This document shows positions 8,255 to 19,409 of a stretch of 64,000 nucleotides of DNA, one piece after another; positions within the stretch are counted from its first letter, which is position 1, and the number at the start of each line of letters is the position of its first letter. Both the position numbers and the translations under genes were made by a program. Below the pieces are notes generated by a model, which was given only the letters and a program-made list of their open reading frames with translations, made no database searches and had not been told where the DNA came from. The stretch lies in NCBI GenBank assembly GCA_017938695.1, contig JAGBBA010000057.1:506-64505 (forward strand). Reading direction: 5' to 3'. The DNA comes from Clostridia bacterium. GTDB lineage: Bacteria; Bacillota; Clostridia; Christensenellales; Aristaeellaceae.

Positions 8255-9325
8255 ATGCCTACCATCACCGTTTCTCTTGGGGATCGCACCTACCCTGTCC
8301 ATATTGAGTCTGGTCTTATTGATCGCGTCGGGCAACAGGCCCGCGAGGTGCTGGGCGAGTGCGCCCTGGCCATCATTACCGATGACCATGTGGCACCACT
8401 GTACCTTGCCCGTGTGGAGGCTTCGCTGGATGCTGCGGGCTTGCGGCACACCAGCATCGTGCTGCCTCACGGTGAGCCCACCAAGTGCCTGGCGCAGCTC
8501 AGCCGCCTGTATGATTTCCTGTGCGAGAGCCGCATCACCCGCAAGGATGCCATCATTGCTCTGGGCGGCGGTGTGATTGGCGATCTGGCAGGGCTGGCGG
8601 CGGCTACCTTCCTGCGGGGCATCCGGTTCATTCAGGTGCCCACCACGCTGCTGGCCCAGGTGGATTCCTCGGTGGGCGGCAAGGTGGCGGTGGATCTGCC
8701 CCAGGGCAAGAACCTGGTGGGTGCGTTCTATCAGCCTGCGGCGGTGCTGTGCGATCCCATGACGCTGAACACCCTCACTGATGATTACTGGCGTGATGGT
8801 CTGGGCGAGGTGGTGAAGTACGGCTGCATCAACGATGCTGAACTGTTTGCCCTGCTGGAGGCTTGCGCCCCCGGTGGCCGCCAGGCCCTGATGGAGCAGA
8901 TCGACACCATTCTGCAGCACTGCATCCAGGCCAAGGCTGACGTGGTGGCCCAGGACGAATGCGACATCGGCCTGCGCATGACGCTGAACTTCGGCCACAC
9001 CATTGGCCATGCGGTGGAAACCTGCCAGCACTACGATGGCTTGCGCCACGGCGAGGCGGTGGCCCTGGGCATGACGGTGATGACGCACCTCACCGAAGGC
9101 CGGGGCATGACGGCTCCCGGCACCGCAGCCCGTCTGGATGCGTTGCTTTCCGCCCTGGAAATGCCCATGCAGCTGCCGGATATTCCGGAGGATGACCTGA
9201 TCGCTGCCATGGGCATGGACAAGAAATCCGCTGGCAAAACCCTGAATGTGATCGTGCTGGACAAGATCGGCCAGTGCCGCATCCACCCAACTTCGGCAGA
9301 TTTCTTCAAAGGTATTCGTGCATAA
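8255..9325 (+). CDS. aroB: 3-dehydroquinate synthase
   Basis: AAGGAGG RBS before the ATG at 8255. GGGVIGDLAG nucleotide-binding motif and metal-ligand region NFGHTIGHA. The track ORF's N-terminal 90 aa lie in repeat DNA. Confidence 0.93.
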   Translation: MPTITVSLGDRTYPVHIESGLIDRVGQQAREVLGECALAIITDDHVAPLYLARVEASLDAAGLRHTSIVLPHGEPTKCLAQLSRLYDFLCESRITRKDAIIALGGGVIGDLAGLAAATFLRGIRFIQVPTTLLAQVDSSVGGKVAVDLPQGKNLVGAFYQPAAVLCDPMTLNTLTDDYWRDGLGEVVKYGCINDAELFALLEACAPGGRQALMEQIDTILQHCIQAKADVVAQDECDIGLRMTLNFGHTIGHAVETCQHYDGLRHGEAVALGMTVMTHLTEGRGMTAPGTAARLDALLSALEMPMQLPDIPEDDLIAAMGMDKKSAGKTLNVIVLDKIGQCRIHPTSADFFKGIRA

Positions 9326-9477
9326 TTATCAATATTCAACAAAACACAACAAATTGATGTATTTCTCTTTTCAAGGGCTTGAAAAAAAGGTACAATATAA
9401 TAGGCTTGTTTTGCGGACAGCAGCGGCTGTCCGCTTTTATTGACTGATGATCTGCCCCCCGATAGGAGGCCTCTTCT

Positions 9478-10473
9478 ATGACCCAGCCTGTGGACGCCTG
9501 GCGGCTTCTTCTGTGGGAAGCCGATATGCCCCTGACCGACGACCAGCGCACTGCGCTTACATCCGCTGCGGTTCAAGCCATGCAACCCATTGGCGAAGCA
9601 TCCGCCAGCTTTGCCCCCCAGGGCGATGTGCTGACCATCTCCCTGCATCACACCCGGTTCGCCGCCGCCATCCAGCGGGACATGGCCCTGTGGCTCTGCG
9701 CCCAGAACCTGATGGAAACCGTTTCCCTCACCATGGATCAGGTGGGCACCATGTCCGTCAGCGAGGAGTTCAGCCAGGAAAGCGAAGGGAGCAGCCACCT
9801 TGCCGCCATGCAGGAGATCTCCGACTGGTGGGCAAGTGTGTCGCCCATGCCGGGCAGCCTGGCCCGCAGCCGCCGCACCCATCTGCAAACCATTATCAAA
9901 CGCCGCCAGTATACGGCCCTGGGCGGCTACGTCAGCCGGGAGCTCCGCGCCGAGCAGGAGCCCGGGCGCATGTGCTACGCCTATGTGCCGCTGGTGATCG
10001 AGGCCATCTGGAGCCAGCACGCCGATCTGTCCTTGCAGGCACTCACCGGCAGCCTGAACCTGAACGACATGGCCCGCCGCCCCAAGGATGCCCTGATGGC
10101 CTGGCTCAACGCCCTGCCTACGCTCCTGCGGCAAAGCCCCTCCGCCGCCACCGCCGCACCCATCGACCGGGTGATCGCCGGCATCCAGGCGGATTGCTCC
10201 CTGCCCTATTCCCAGCAGAACCTGAGCCGTTCTCTGGGCCTGACCCCTGCCTATTTCTGCCGCCTGTTCCATGAAAAAACCGGGCAGCACTTTTCCACCT
10301 TTCTCACCCGCACCCGCATGGAAAAAGCCCAGGAGCTCCTTTCCGACGGCCAGGAGCACAGCCTGGGCGAAGTCAGTGCTGCCTGCGGCTACCCCAACAA
10401 GAGCTACTTCTGCCAGGTGTTCAAAAAATACACCGGCCTGACCCCCGGCGAATTTGAACAACGGAAAAAGTGA
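9478..10473 (+). CDS. AraC-family transcriptional regulator
   Basis: C-terminal double HTH (LSRSLGLTPAYFCRLF ... GYPNKSYFCQVFKKYTGLTPGEF). Confidence 0.85.
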   Translation: MTQPVDAWRLLLWEADMPLTDDQRTALTSAAVQAMQPIGEASASFAPQGDVLTISLHHTRFAAAIQRDMALWLCAQNLMETVSLTMDQVGTMSVSEEFSQESEGSSHLAAMQEISDWWASVSPMPGSLARSRRTHLQTIIKRRQYTALGGYVSRELRAEQEPGRMCYAYVPLVIEAIWSQHADLSLQALTGSLNLNDMARRPKDALMAWLNALPTLLRQSPSAATAAPIDRVIAGIQADCSLPYSQQNLSRSLGLTPAYFCRLFHEKTGQHFSTFLTRTRMEKAQELLSDGQEHSLGEVSAACGYPNKSYFCQVFKKYTGLTPGEFEQRKK

Positions 10474-10596
10474 CCCCTGCAAGAAACAAAGCCTGTCTTA
10501 CGTTACAATATTGGACATGATCAGACAAGGACAGGCTGTCATGGCCTGTCCTGTTCCGCATATATTGCATTATCCATGCTCATGAGGAGGTTCCCC

Positions 10597-12342
10597 ATGC
10601 GACGATTGATCTGCCTGCTGCTTTGCCTGATGCTGCTCCCCCTGCCTGCCCTGGCGGAAGAAGAAGCCGCCTCCCCCACCATCCGGGTGCTTTTACGCCG
10701 GCTCAACCTCACCGACTGCGCTTACCTCACCCTGGACGGCCCCTACACCGTTGCCACCAAGCTGGGTGCCACGATGACCTTCCCCAAGGGCAGCGAGGTG
10801 ACGGTGAACATCCGCGGCGGCGAGCTATACCTGTTCTACCAGGGCATGAGCCTGCAAGCCGGTAAGGAAGTGCGCTTTATCCGCAACGCCTCCGAGGCCA
10901 GCGGCACCGAGGGCATCCGCTTTGCCAAGAACGGCAATTTCTACCCCGGCGACCTGAAGCTGACCATCGAAAACGGTGCGCTTTATCCGGTGATGACCCT
11001 GGCCGTGGAGGACTACCTGCTGGGCGTTGTCCCCTATGAAATGGGCGACAGCTTCCCCCTGGAGGCCCTGAAGGCCCAGGCCATCTGCGCCCGCACCTAC
11101 GCGCTGTCCCACGTGGACCCCTCCGACGCCTACGACGTGGTGGACACCACCAACGATCAGGTGTTCAAGGGCGTTGACCTGGATAGCAAGCTGTCCATCC
11201 AGGCCGTGCAGGACACCGCCGGCATCGTGGGCATGTACAAGGGCAAGCTGGCCAACTGCTATTACAGTGCCTCCAACGGCGGCCAGACCGAGCTGGTGGA
11301 AAACGTGTGGAGCGGCCGAGACCGCGGCGGCTATTTCGCCATCACCGACGACCCCTTCGACCTGGAGAACCCTGCCAGCGTGGTGCGCCGCGCGAAGCTG
11401 AACAAAAACGGTCAGGACATCCCGGCGGATTTCAATGCGGTGCTGTCCAGCTACATGGCGGATAAACTGATCAAGCACGGCTTTGAGCCCCTGCCCAAGG
11501 CCTTCCGCATTGACGAGATCAAGTCCGTTTCCCTGGCAGGCACCAAGTTTGATCCCCCCAGCCGCTTTGTGGACGAGATGACCATCACCTTCACCTGGTC
11601 GGGCAAAAAGCTGCTGACCTGGTATGACGGCCAGGAGGACAGCGACGAGGAGATCTCCCTGTTCTCTGCCACGCCGGTACCCACCGAGACCCCCGAACCC
11701 ACCGCAGAGCCGGAGATCACCCCTGAGCCCCAGCCGGTGTACAGCGACTTCATCCCCGTGGAGGAAGAGGCTACCGTCACCCTGCCCATTTTCCCCGAGG
11801 TGATCCGAGCACTGGGGCTGTCCATTTCCGGCAGCGACAATGAGATGCTCACCCTGGTGGAGACCGACGACGCCTTCACCCTGGAGGCCCGCCGCTTCGG
11901 CCACGGCGTGGGCATGAGCCAGCGCGGTGCCCAGTGGATGGCCGCCGCCTACGGCAAGCAGTATCATGAAATTCTGGCCTTCTACTATCCCGGCATGGAG
12001 CTGGCCAAGTTGGCCGCTGGCGAGCTGCCCCTGCCCACCACCCAGCCCGAGCTGGCCCAAACGCCGCCTCCCCCGGCCACGCCCACGCCCCGGCCCACCC
12101 TGATGCCCGTGACCACGTCCATCCCCCAGGGGGCCTACCTGGCCAGCGTGGAAGGCATCGACGATGATTCCAGCCTGAACCTGCGCCAGGAGCCCAGTCT
12201 GGCCTCGGAAATCCTGATGCGGCTGTACAAGCATCAGCAGCTGATCGTGCTGGAAACCGCCGAAGACCCGGCCTGGGTCAAGGTGAAGACCGACGTGATC
12301 GAGGGCTATGTGATGCTCAGCTATCTGGAAAAGGTGAAATAA
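10597..12342 (+). CDS. SpoIID/LytB-domain protein with C-terminal SH3-like domain, secreted
   Basis: GAGGAGG RBS and a signal peptide. SpoIID motifs (LKAQAICARTYAL, YSASNGGQTE, GHGVGMSQRGA). Pro/Thr-rich linkers. The C-terminus resembles SH3b. Confidence 0.85.
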   Translation: MRRLICLLLCLMLLPLPALAEEEAASPTIRVLLRRLNLTDCAYLTLDGPYTVATKLGATMTFPKGSEVTVNIRGGELYLFYQGMSLQAGKEVRFIRNASEASGTEGIRFAKNGNFYPGDLKLTIENGALYPVMTLAVEDYLLGVVPYEMGDSFPLEALKAQAICARTYALSHVDPSDAYDVVDTTNDQVFKGVDLDSKLSIQAVQDTAGIVGMYKGKLANCYYSASNGGQTELVENVWSGRDRGGYFAITDDPFDLENPASVVRRAKLNKNGQDIPADFNAVLSSYMADKLIKHGFEPLPKAFRIDEIKSVSLAGTKFDPPSRFVDEMTITFTWSGKKLLTWYDGQEDSDEEISLFSATPVPTETPEPTAEPEITPEPQPVYSDFIPVEEEATVTLPIFPEVIRALGLSISGSDNEMLTLVETDDAFTLEARRFGHGVGMSQRGAQWMAAAYGKQYHEILAFYYPGMELAKLAAGELPLPTTQPELAQTPPPPATPTPRPTLMPVTTSIPQGAYLASVEGIDDDSSLNLRQEPSLASEILMRLYKHQQLIVLETAEDPAWVKVKTDVIEGYVMLSYLEKVK

Positions 12343-12371
12343 CCGCCAACTGACACGAAAGAAGGTGCTTC

Positions 12372-13937
12372 ATGCGCACCGCGACCATTTATAACTATCT
12401 GGTGGAGGCAGCCCTCATCGGCAGCGTGCTGATCCTGCTGGGGCTGGTGCTGCGTCCCCTGTGCCGCAGGATCGTGGGCAGCAGGGTATTGTGCCTGGCA
12501 TGGCTGTTGATCGTGCTGCGACTGCTGGTGCCCCTGGCCCTGCCCAACCCGGCCATGAACGCCCTGAAGCCCACCCTCAGCCAGGACCCGGGCATCCGCC
12601 CCATGGCTGACCAGGTGCGCACCCGGGTGGAAGACACCGCCCGGGATCTCTACTGGAAGACCCTTGACCATGCCGACCCGGATACCCCGGCGGCCGCGCT
12701 GATGCTGCGCATCATGTACGCCGCTGGCAACGGGCGGCTGTCCCGGCAGCTGATGGGTGTGTACGCCATCGGTGCCGCGCTCTCCGCCGCCTGGATGTTT
12801 TGGCAGAACATCGCCTTCCGCCGCAGGATGAACCGCCGGTGCACCGGCAGCCTGTCGCCCGAACAGCAAGCTGCTTATGAGGCGCAGTGCGTCCAGCGCA
12901 AGCTCCGGCCGCTGCAGGTGCATTTTGTGCAAGATTTGCCCGGCTCCTGCCGCATGGGCAGGCAGGTGTATCTCCCGGCCGGTGCGCCGCAGGAGCTGCT
13001 CCCGGCCATGCTGCTCCGTGAAACCAGCCACCGCTATCTGACGCTCCACGCCATTCTGCGCAACGTGTGCTGCGTGGTGCACTGGTTCAATCCCCTGGTA
13101 TGGTTCGCTGCCCACCTGAGCCGCATGGATCTGGAGCTGGCCTGCGACGAGCGCGCCGTCGCCCCCATGGATGAGCCCCAGCGCAAGGCTTACGCCAGGC
13201 TGATGCTCTCTGCCCGGGATGTGCGCCGCGCGCGCCCCGGCCTGACAGTGGCGGCCTCCTGCTGCACGCTGGCCGCCTCCATGCAGAAGCTACGCATCAA
13301 CCGGGTGCTGCACATGCAGCCCGTCCGCCGCTGGGCCATTGCCGCCTATGCCGTGGGCTGCGTGCTGCTGGGGCTGATGATGTTTTCCACCGATGTGCAG
13401 ACCTCCCTGGCCAACCTGCCCCATCTGGAGCAGAAAAGCATCCGTCCCCGGGAGGTCATCGCCACCCAGGAGGACGCCCAACACTTCGCCCAGGCCTTCC
13501 TGACCCTGGAGGGCATCGGGGCCGACCTGGCCGAGCAGCCTGCCTACATCGCCCAGACCAGCGCAGGCTGGCTGGTGGAATGGTACGAAACGCAGGGCGC
13601 ACCCCCTATTTTGCTCAGCTTCACCGCGGAAGGCAGCGTGCTCTCCTACCTGAACCCCGTGCACAACACCGATAAGCTGCACCCTCTGGCGACCCCCATC
13701 ACCCACGGCTCCCTGGAAGGCCAGCCCTGGTGCACCTTCCTGGCGGAATTCACCCGGCTGCACATGCCCGAATGCTTCGCCGCCTACGAGGCCATGGAGA
13801 TCGTCCGCAACGGCCGGCTGGACGGGGAGCAGTTTATCATCGTGCACTTGCTGTCCGCTGAGAAGCTTCCCCTGTGGGAGGTGGCCGTGCAGGTGGCCCC
13901 AGAGGGACGCATCCTGTCCTTTGCCTCTGTGCAATAG
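12372..13937 (+). CDS. BlaR1/M56-family membrane protein with degenerate HExxH
   Basis: N-terminal TM helices and the family signature HWFNPLVW...ELACDE. The zinc motif reads RETSH instead of HExxH. The C-terminal domain of about 200 aa is unknown. Confidence 0.7.
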   Translation: MRTATIYNYLVEAALIGSVLILLGLVLRPLCRRIVGSRVLCLAWLLIVLRLLVPLALPNPAMNALKPTLSQDPGIRPMADQVRTRVEDTARDLYWKTLDHADPDTPAAALMLRIMYAAGNGRLSRQLMGVYAIGAALSAAWMFWQNIAFRRRMNRRCTGSLSPEQQAAYEAQCVQRKLRPLQVHFVQDLPGSCRMGRQVYLPAGAPQELLPAMLLRETSHRYLTLHAILRNVCCVVHWFNPLVWFAAHLSRMDLELACDERAVAPMDEPQRKAYARLMLSARDVRRARPGLTVAASCCTLAASMQKLRINRVLHMQPVRRWAIAAYAVGCVLLGLMMFSTDVQTSLANLPHLEQKSIRPREVIATQEDAQHFAQAFLTLEGIGADLAEQPAYIAQTSAGWLVEWYETQGAPPILLSFTAEGSVLSYLNPVHNTDKLHPLATPITHGSLEGQPWCTFLAEFTRLHMPECFAAYEAMEIVRNGRLDGEQFIIVHLLSAEKLPLWEVAVQVAPEGRILSFASVQ

Positions 13938-13944
13938 TCTTTTG

Positions 13945-13970
13945 CCGGTGCCATGTGCACCGGTTTTTTT
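13945..13970 (+). terminator. rho-independent terminator
   Basis: ccggtgc/gcaccgg stem followed by a T7 run. Confidence 0.75.
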
Positions 13971-14009
13971 CTGTCCGCAGAAAATACACAGCATATCCAA
14001 TGGCAGAGA

Positions 14010-14038
14010 TTGACTTGCCTACCACAGACGGGTAAAAT
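14010..14038 (+). promoter_or_regulatory. sigma-70-type promoter of the ABC transporter operon
   Basis: TTGACT, a 17-nt spacer, then TAAAAT. Confidence 0.5.
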
Positions 14039-14074
14039 AGGAATGAAACCGTAAAATAACAAAGGCGGGATAGT

Positions 14075-15175
<1,101 letters not shown>

Positions 15176-15184
15176 GGAGGACGC

Positions 15185-16075
15185 ATGGAAAACAGAAGCA
15201 TGAAGGGCTGGCTCTACCTTCTGCCGGCCATCCTATTCCTGGGCGTTTTCATGGTGTATCCCCTGATCGACGTATTCATCTATTCCTTTGAGGAGGGCTA
15301 TAACTCCGCCTCCCAGACCTACTTTGGCGTGGGCACCTACAACTATTCCTATGTGCTCCACGACCCCTACTTCCTCCAGGCGGTGAAGAACACGTTGATC
15401 CTGGTGGCCATTACCGTGCCGGTATCCACAGGGCTGTCGCTGCTCATTTCCCTGGGACTGAGCAACATCCCCAAGCTGCGCAACCTGTTCCAGACGGTGT
15501 ACTTCCTCCCCTACGTGACCAACACCCTGGCCGTGGGCCTGGTGTTCATGATCCTCTTCCGCAAGACCCCCTATACCGACGGCCTGGCTAACCTGGTCAT
15601 CAACTTTTTCGGCGGCGAGTCCATCGACTTCATCGACGGCCCCTACTGGGCGAAGATGTTCGTTCTGTGCCTGTACACGGTGTGGGTGGTTATGCCCTTC
15701 AAGATCCTGGTGCTCACCAGTGCCCTGGCCTCGGTGAACGAAACCTACTACAAAGCTGCCCGGGTGGACGGCACCAGCCGCAGCCGCATCTTCTTCCGCA
15801 TCACCCTGCCGCTGATCTCCCCCACCATGTTCTATCTGATCATCACCGGCTTCATCGGTGCCTTCAAGGCGTACAGCGATGCAGTAGCCCTGTTTGGCAC
15901 CAACCTGAACGCGGCGGAGATGAACACCATCGTGGGCTATGTATATGATATGCTCTACGGCGACAGCGGCGGATACCCGTCCTTTGCCTCGGCAGCGGCC
16001 ATCATCCTGTTTGTGATCGTGCTGACCATCACCTGCATCAACCTGCTGGTGAGCAAAAAGCACGTCCATTATTGA
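15185..16075 (+). CDS. carbohydrate ABC transporter permease (MalF-like)
   Basis: Six predicted TM segments and an EAA-type loop (YYKAARVDGTSRSRIFFRITLP). Confidence 0.9.
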   Translation: MENRSMKGWLYLLPAILFLGVFMVYPLIDVFIYSFEEGYNSASQTYFGVGTYNYSYVLHDPYFLQAVKNTLILVAITVPVSTGLSLLISLGLSNIPKLRNLFQTVYFLPYVTNTLAVGLVFMILFRKTPYTDGLANLVINFFGGESIDFIDGPYWAKMFVLCLYTVWVVMPFKILVLTSALASVNETYYKAARVDGTSRSRIFFRITLPLISPTMFYLIITGFIGAFKAYSDAVALFGTNLNAAEMNTIVGYVYDMLYGDSGGYPSFASAAAIILFVIVLTITCINLLVSKKHVHY

Positions 16076-16089
16076 GAGGAGGGAAGCAG

Positions 16090-16965
16090 ATGGGCAAGTC
16101 CATGGACTTTGAAAAGATCGAGCGCGGCGCACGCCGGTCCGAGCGTGTGCGCAACACCATCATCTATGTGCTGCTGGGCATCTGGGCCCTGGTGGTGCTC
16201 TTCCCCTTCTACTGGATGGTCCTCTCCTCGGTGAAAAGTTACAGTGCCTATAATGCCGAGTACATCCCCCAGCTGTTCACCCTGTCCCCCACGCTGCAAA
16301 ACTACGCCGACGCCTTTACCGCCGTGCCCCTGGCGAAGTATTTCCTCAACACGCTGATCTTCACCGTGATCACCACAGCGGTGATGATGATCGTCACCGT
16401 GCTGGCGGCCTTTGCCTTTGCCCGGCTGGATTTCCCCGGCAAGAACATCGCCTTTGTGATCTTCCTCTCCCTGATGATGATCCCCAACGAGCTGGTGATC
16501 ATCACCAACTTTGTCACCATCACCAACCTTGACCTGCGCAACACCTTCCTGGGCCTGATCCTGCCCTCCATCACCTCGGTGTTCTACATCTATCTGCTCA
16601 AGGAGAACTTCGCCCAGGTGCCGGATGAACTGTACTACGCCGCCAAGGTGGACGCCACCAGCGACTTCAAGTACCTGTGGAAGGTGATGATCCCCATCTG
16701 CCGCCCCACGCTGGTAACCATCACCATCCTGAAGGTCATCGAATGCTGGAACTCCTATGTGTGGCCGCGGCTGATCACCGACGACCCCAACTACTACCTG
16801 GTGTCCAACGGCATCCAGGAGATCCGCGAGAACGGCTTTGGCCGCGAGAACATCCCCGCCATGATGTCGGCGGTGGTGGTGATCTCCGTGCCGCTGATCC
16901 TTCTGTTCCTCATTTTCCACAAGAAGATCATGGCCGGCGTGGCGAGAGGAGGCACCAAGGGATGA
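16090..16965 (+). CDS. carbohydrate ABC transporter permease (MalG-like)
   Basis: EAA loop (LYYAAKVDATSDFKYLWKVMIP). GAGGAGGG RBS before the ATG at 16090; the track start at 16072 is a TTG. Confidence 0.9.
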   Translation: MGKSMDFEKIERGARRSERVRNTIIYVLLGIWALVVLFPFYWMVLSSVKSYSAYNAEYIPQLFTLSPTLQNYADAFTAVPLAKYFLNTLIFTVITTAVMMIVTVLAAFAFARLDFPGKNIAFVIFLSLMMIPNELVIITNFVTITNLDLRNTFLGLILPSITSVFYIYLLKENFAQVPDELYYAAKVDATSDFKYLWKVMIPICRPTLVTITILKVIECWNSYVWPRLITDDPNYYLVSNGIQEIRENGFGRENIPAMMSAVVVISVPLILLFLIFHKKIMAGVARGGTKG

Positions 16966-18572
16966 TGCGACTTGCCAAGCGTATGCTGCTCATGCTGTGC
17001 CTTGCAGCCTGCCTGGTGCTTACCGGCTGCCACGGTGCCCAGGAAACCTCTGCCTTTGAGATTCCCGAAGCCTTCGATACCTCACGCCAGTACGAGATCA
17101 CCTTCTGGGCCAAGAACGACACCAACATCACCCAGGCGGATCTCTACCGCAAGGCCATTGAGGACTTCCAGGCCATTTACCCCAACATCACCGTGAACCT
17201 GCGCCTGTACACCGATTACGGCCGCATTTACAACGATGTGATCACCAACATCGCCACCGGCACCACCCCCAACGTGTGCATCACCTACCCCGACCACATC
17301 GCCACCTACCTCACCGGCGATAACTGCGTGGTGCCCCTGGACGAGCTTTTCACCCACGAAAAGTACGGCCTGGGCGGCAGCGAGGTGCTCTTTGACGCCC
17401 CCACCCAGGCGGAGATCGTGCCCCAGTTCCTGTCGGAGTGCGCCTTTGGCGGACACTACTACGCCGTGCCCTACATGCGCTCCACCGAGGCCTGCTACGT
17501 CAACAAGACCTATGTGGAAAAGCTGGGCTTCACCCTGCCGGAGAAACTCACCTGGGACTTCGTTTGGGAAGTAGCCGACGCCGCAGCCCAGCAGGATGAA
17601 GAAGGCACCTACCTGGTCAACGGCCAGAAGGTGATGATCCCCTTCCTGTACAAGTCCACCGACAACATGATGATCCAGATGCTGCGGCAGAAGGGCGCAG
17701 GTTACTCCACCGACGCCGGGGAGATCCTCATCTTCAACGACACCACCCGGGAGCTGCTCTCCACCGTGGCCGAGCATGTGAAGAAGGGTGCCTTCTCCAC
17801 CTTCAAGATCTCCAGCTACCCGGCCAACTTCCTCAACGCGGGCCAGTGCATCTTCGCCATCGACTCCACCGCCGGTGCCACCTGGATGGGCTCCGACGCG
17901 CCGCTGATCGACATTGCCGAGGATAAGCTGGTGCAGTTTGAAACCGCCGTGATGACCATCCCCCAGTTCGACCCCGAGCATCCGCAGATGATCTCCCAGG
18001 GCCCGTCCATGTGCGTGTTCAACAAGGACGATCCCCAGGAGGTGCTGGCCTCCTGGCTGTTCACCCAGTACATGCTCACCAACGATGTGCAGATCGCCTA
18101 CGCCAGCACCGAGGGTTACGTCCCCGTGACCACCAAGGCGCAGCAATCCGACAATTACCAGGATTATCTCGCCCGGGCCGGAGAGGATAATGAGCATCAC
18201 TACATCGTGAAGATGCAGGCCACGCAGCTCCTGCTGGACAATGTGGGCAACACCTTCGTGACCCCGGTGTTCAACGGCTCAGCTTCCCTGCGCGACGCCG
18301 CCGGCCAGATGATTGAGGAGGTCACCAAGGGCATCCGCCGCAAAAAGACGGTGGACGACGCCTTCATCACCGAGCTGTACAGCAAGATGAACTCCCTCTA
18401 CCGCCTGGACCAGGACAAGGGCGGCACAGCCTCCGGCAAGAAGGATCTGGGCCCCCTGCCCGTCACGGCCCGGCTGCTCATCGCCGCGCTGGTCTTCACC
18501 TGGGCGATGATCCTGCTCTACATGGCCCGGGACGGCATCAAAAAACGGAAACTGTTAAAGAACAAGCAATAG
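16962..18572 (+). CDS. extracellular solute-binding lipoprotein with an extra C-terminal TM segment
   Basis: The start overlaps the previous stop (ATGA). Lipobox LVLTGC. Family-1 SBP-like body. The C-terminus ARLLIAALVFTWAMILLYMA is followed by a basic tail. Confidence 0.85.
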   Translation: MMRLAKRMLLMLCLAACLVLTGCHGAQETSAFEIPEAFDTSRQYEITFWAKNDTNITQADLYRKAIEDFQAIYPNITVNLRLYTDYGRIYNDVITNIATGTTPNVCITYPDHIATYLTGDNCVVPLDELFTHEKYGLGGSEVLFDAPTQAEIVPQFLSECAFGGHYYAVPYMRSTEACYVNKTYVEKLGFTLPEKLTWDFVWEVADAAAQQDEEGTYLVNGQKVMIPFLYKSTDNMMIQMLRQKGAGYSTDAGEILIFNDTTRELLSTVAEHVKKGAFSTFKISSYPANFLNAGQCIFAIDSTAGATWMGSDAPLIDIAEDKLVQFETAVMTIPQFDPEHPQMISQGPSMCVFNKDDPQEVLASWLFTQYMLTNDVQIAYASTEGYVPVTTKAQQSDNYQDYLARAGEDNEHHYIVKMQATQLLLDNVGNTFVTPVFNGSASLRDAAGQMIEEVTKGIRRKKTVDDAFITELYSKMNSLYRLDQDKGGTASGKKDLGPLPVTARLLIAALVFTWAMILLYMARDGIKKRKLLKNKQ

Positions 18573-18646
18573 CATTGATTTTTTGCCAAATTGATGTATA
18601 ATAAATGCCGTACCCAATCACCAAGCGAATCGAAAGGAAGAGAAAC

Positions 18647-19354
18647 ATGAAGAAGTTCTTTGCCCTGATGCTGGCTCTGTGCCTGATGCTGGCCTGCGGT
18701 GCCTGCGTTGCCGAAGAGACCGCTGTGGAAGCTAAGTCCGAAGGCGTTATGACCTATGCCGAGTACGACGCTGCCGCCATGGACGCCGAAGTTGTGCTGG
18801 AGTGCTACGTCCAGGCTACCCAGTCCTGGTGGGACAACAAGATCACCGTGTACGCTGCCGATCAGGAAGGTGCTTACTTCCTGTATGAAATGGCTTGCTC
18901 CGAAGAAGACGCTGCCAAGCTGGTGCCCGGTGCCAAGATCAAGGTGACCGGCTACAAGGGTGCCTGGGCTGGCGAAATCGAAGTGATGGAAGCTACCTTC
19001 GAGTTTGTCGAGGGCGGCATCAACTATATCGCCGAGGCTGTTGACATGACCGCTCTGCTGGGCACTGAAGAGCTGATCGCCAAGCAGAACCAGAAGGCCG
19101 CCTTCAAGGGCCTGACCGTGGAAAAGATCGAGTACAAGAACGGCGAACCCGGCGACGACATCTACGTCACCCTGGGCCTGAACGGTGCTTCCTACAGCTT
19201 CTGCGTGGAACGCTATCTGACCGCCCCCGACACCGAAGTGTACACCACCGTTGGCACCCTGCAGGCTGGCGACGTGGTGGACGTGGAAGCTTTCGTGTAC
19301 TGGTACGAAGGCCCCAACCCCCACATCACTTCCATCGTGAAGGCTGCTCAGTAA
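18647..19354 (+). CDS. hypothetical lipoprotein
   Basis: AAAGGAAG RBS and lipobox LMLACGAC. No recognisable catalytic motif. Confidence 0.7.
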   Translation: MKKFFALMLALCLMLACGACVAEETAVEAKSEGVMTYAEYDAAAMDAEVVLECYVQATQSWWDNKITVYAADQEGAYFLYEMACSEEDAAKLVPGAKIKVTGYKGAWAGEIEVMEATFEFVEGGINYIAEAVDMTALLGTEELIAKQNQKAAFKGLTVEKIEYKNGEPGDDIYVTLGLNGASYSFCVERYLTAPDTEVYTTVGTLQAGDVVDVEAFVYWYEGPNPHITSIVKAAQ

Positions 19355-19365
19355 TTCGCAATCAA

Positions 19366-19407
19366 AAGCCCTCCGCATGATTCACTCATGCGGAGGGCTT
19401 CTTTTTT
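19366..19407 (+). terminator. rho-independent terminator
   Basis: 15-bp stem aagccctccgcatga/tcatgcggagggctt followed by a T-run. Confidence 0.9.
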
Positions 19408-19409
19408 GT

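Noticed and set aside
7851-8576. ORFs running through the aroF-aroB repeat (7851-8576, 7895-8215, 7974-8243, and the N-terminal 90 aa of the 7985-9325 ORF)
   Set aside because: They lie in palindromic repeat DNA and are readable in several frames on both strands. aroB has a strong RBS at 8242-8248 and a canonical N-terminus from 8255. The same reasoning applies to ORFs at 38700-39080 and 52996-53423.
9379-9440. Promoter-like TTGAAA/TATAAT pair followed by the hairpin gcggacagc/gctgtccgc + T-run, between aroB and the AraC gene
   Set aside because: The spacing between the hexamers is only about 11 nt, so it is not a convincing promoter. The hairpin is most simply the aroB terminator.
16677-16961. 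N-terminal 95-aa extension of the solute-binding protein ORF, and similar extensions (35659-36939, 36588-37931, 43533-43727, 49227-50642, 50604-50735, 42270-42377)
   Set aside because: The extensions overlap upstream genes or intergenic DNA and lack an RBS. Internal ATGs with good RBS give canonical N-termini, signal peptides or lipoboxes.
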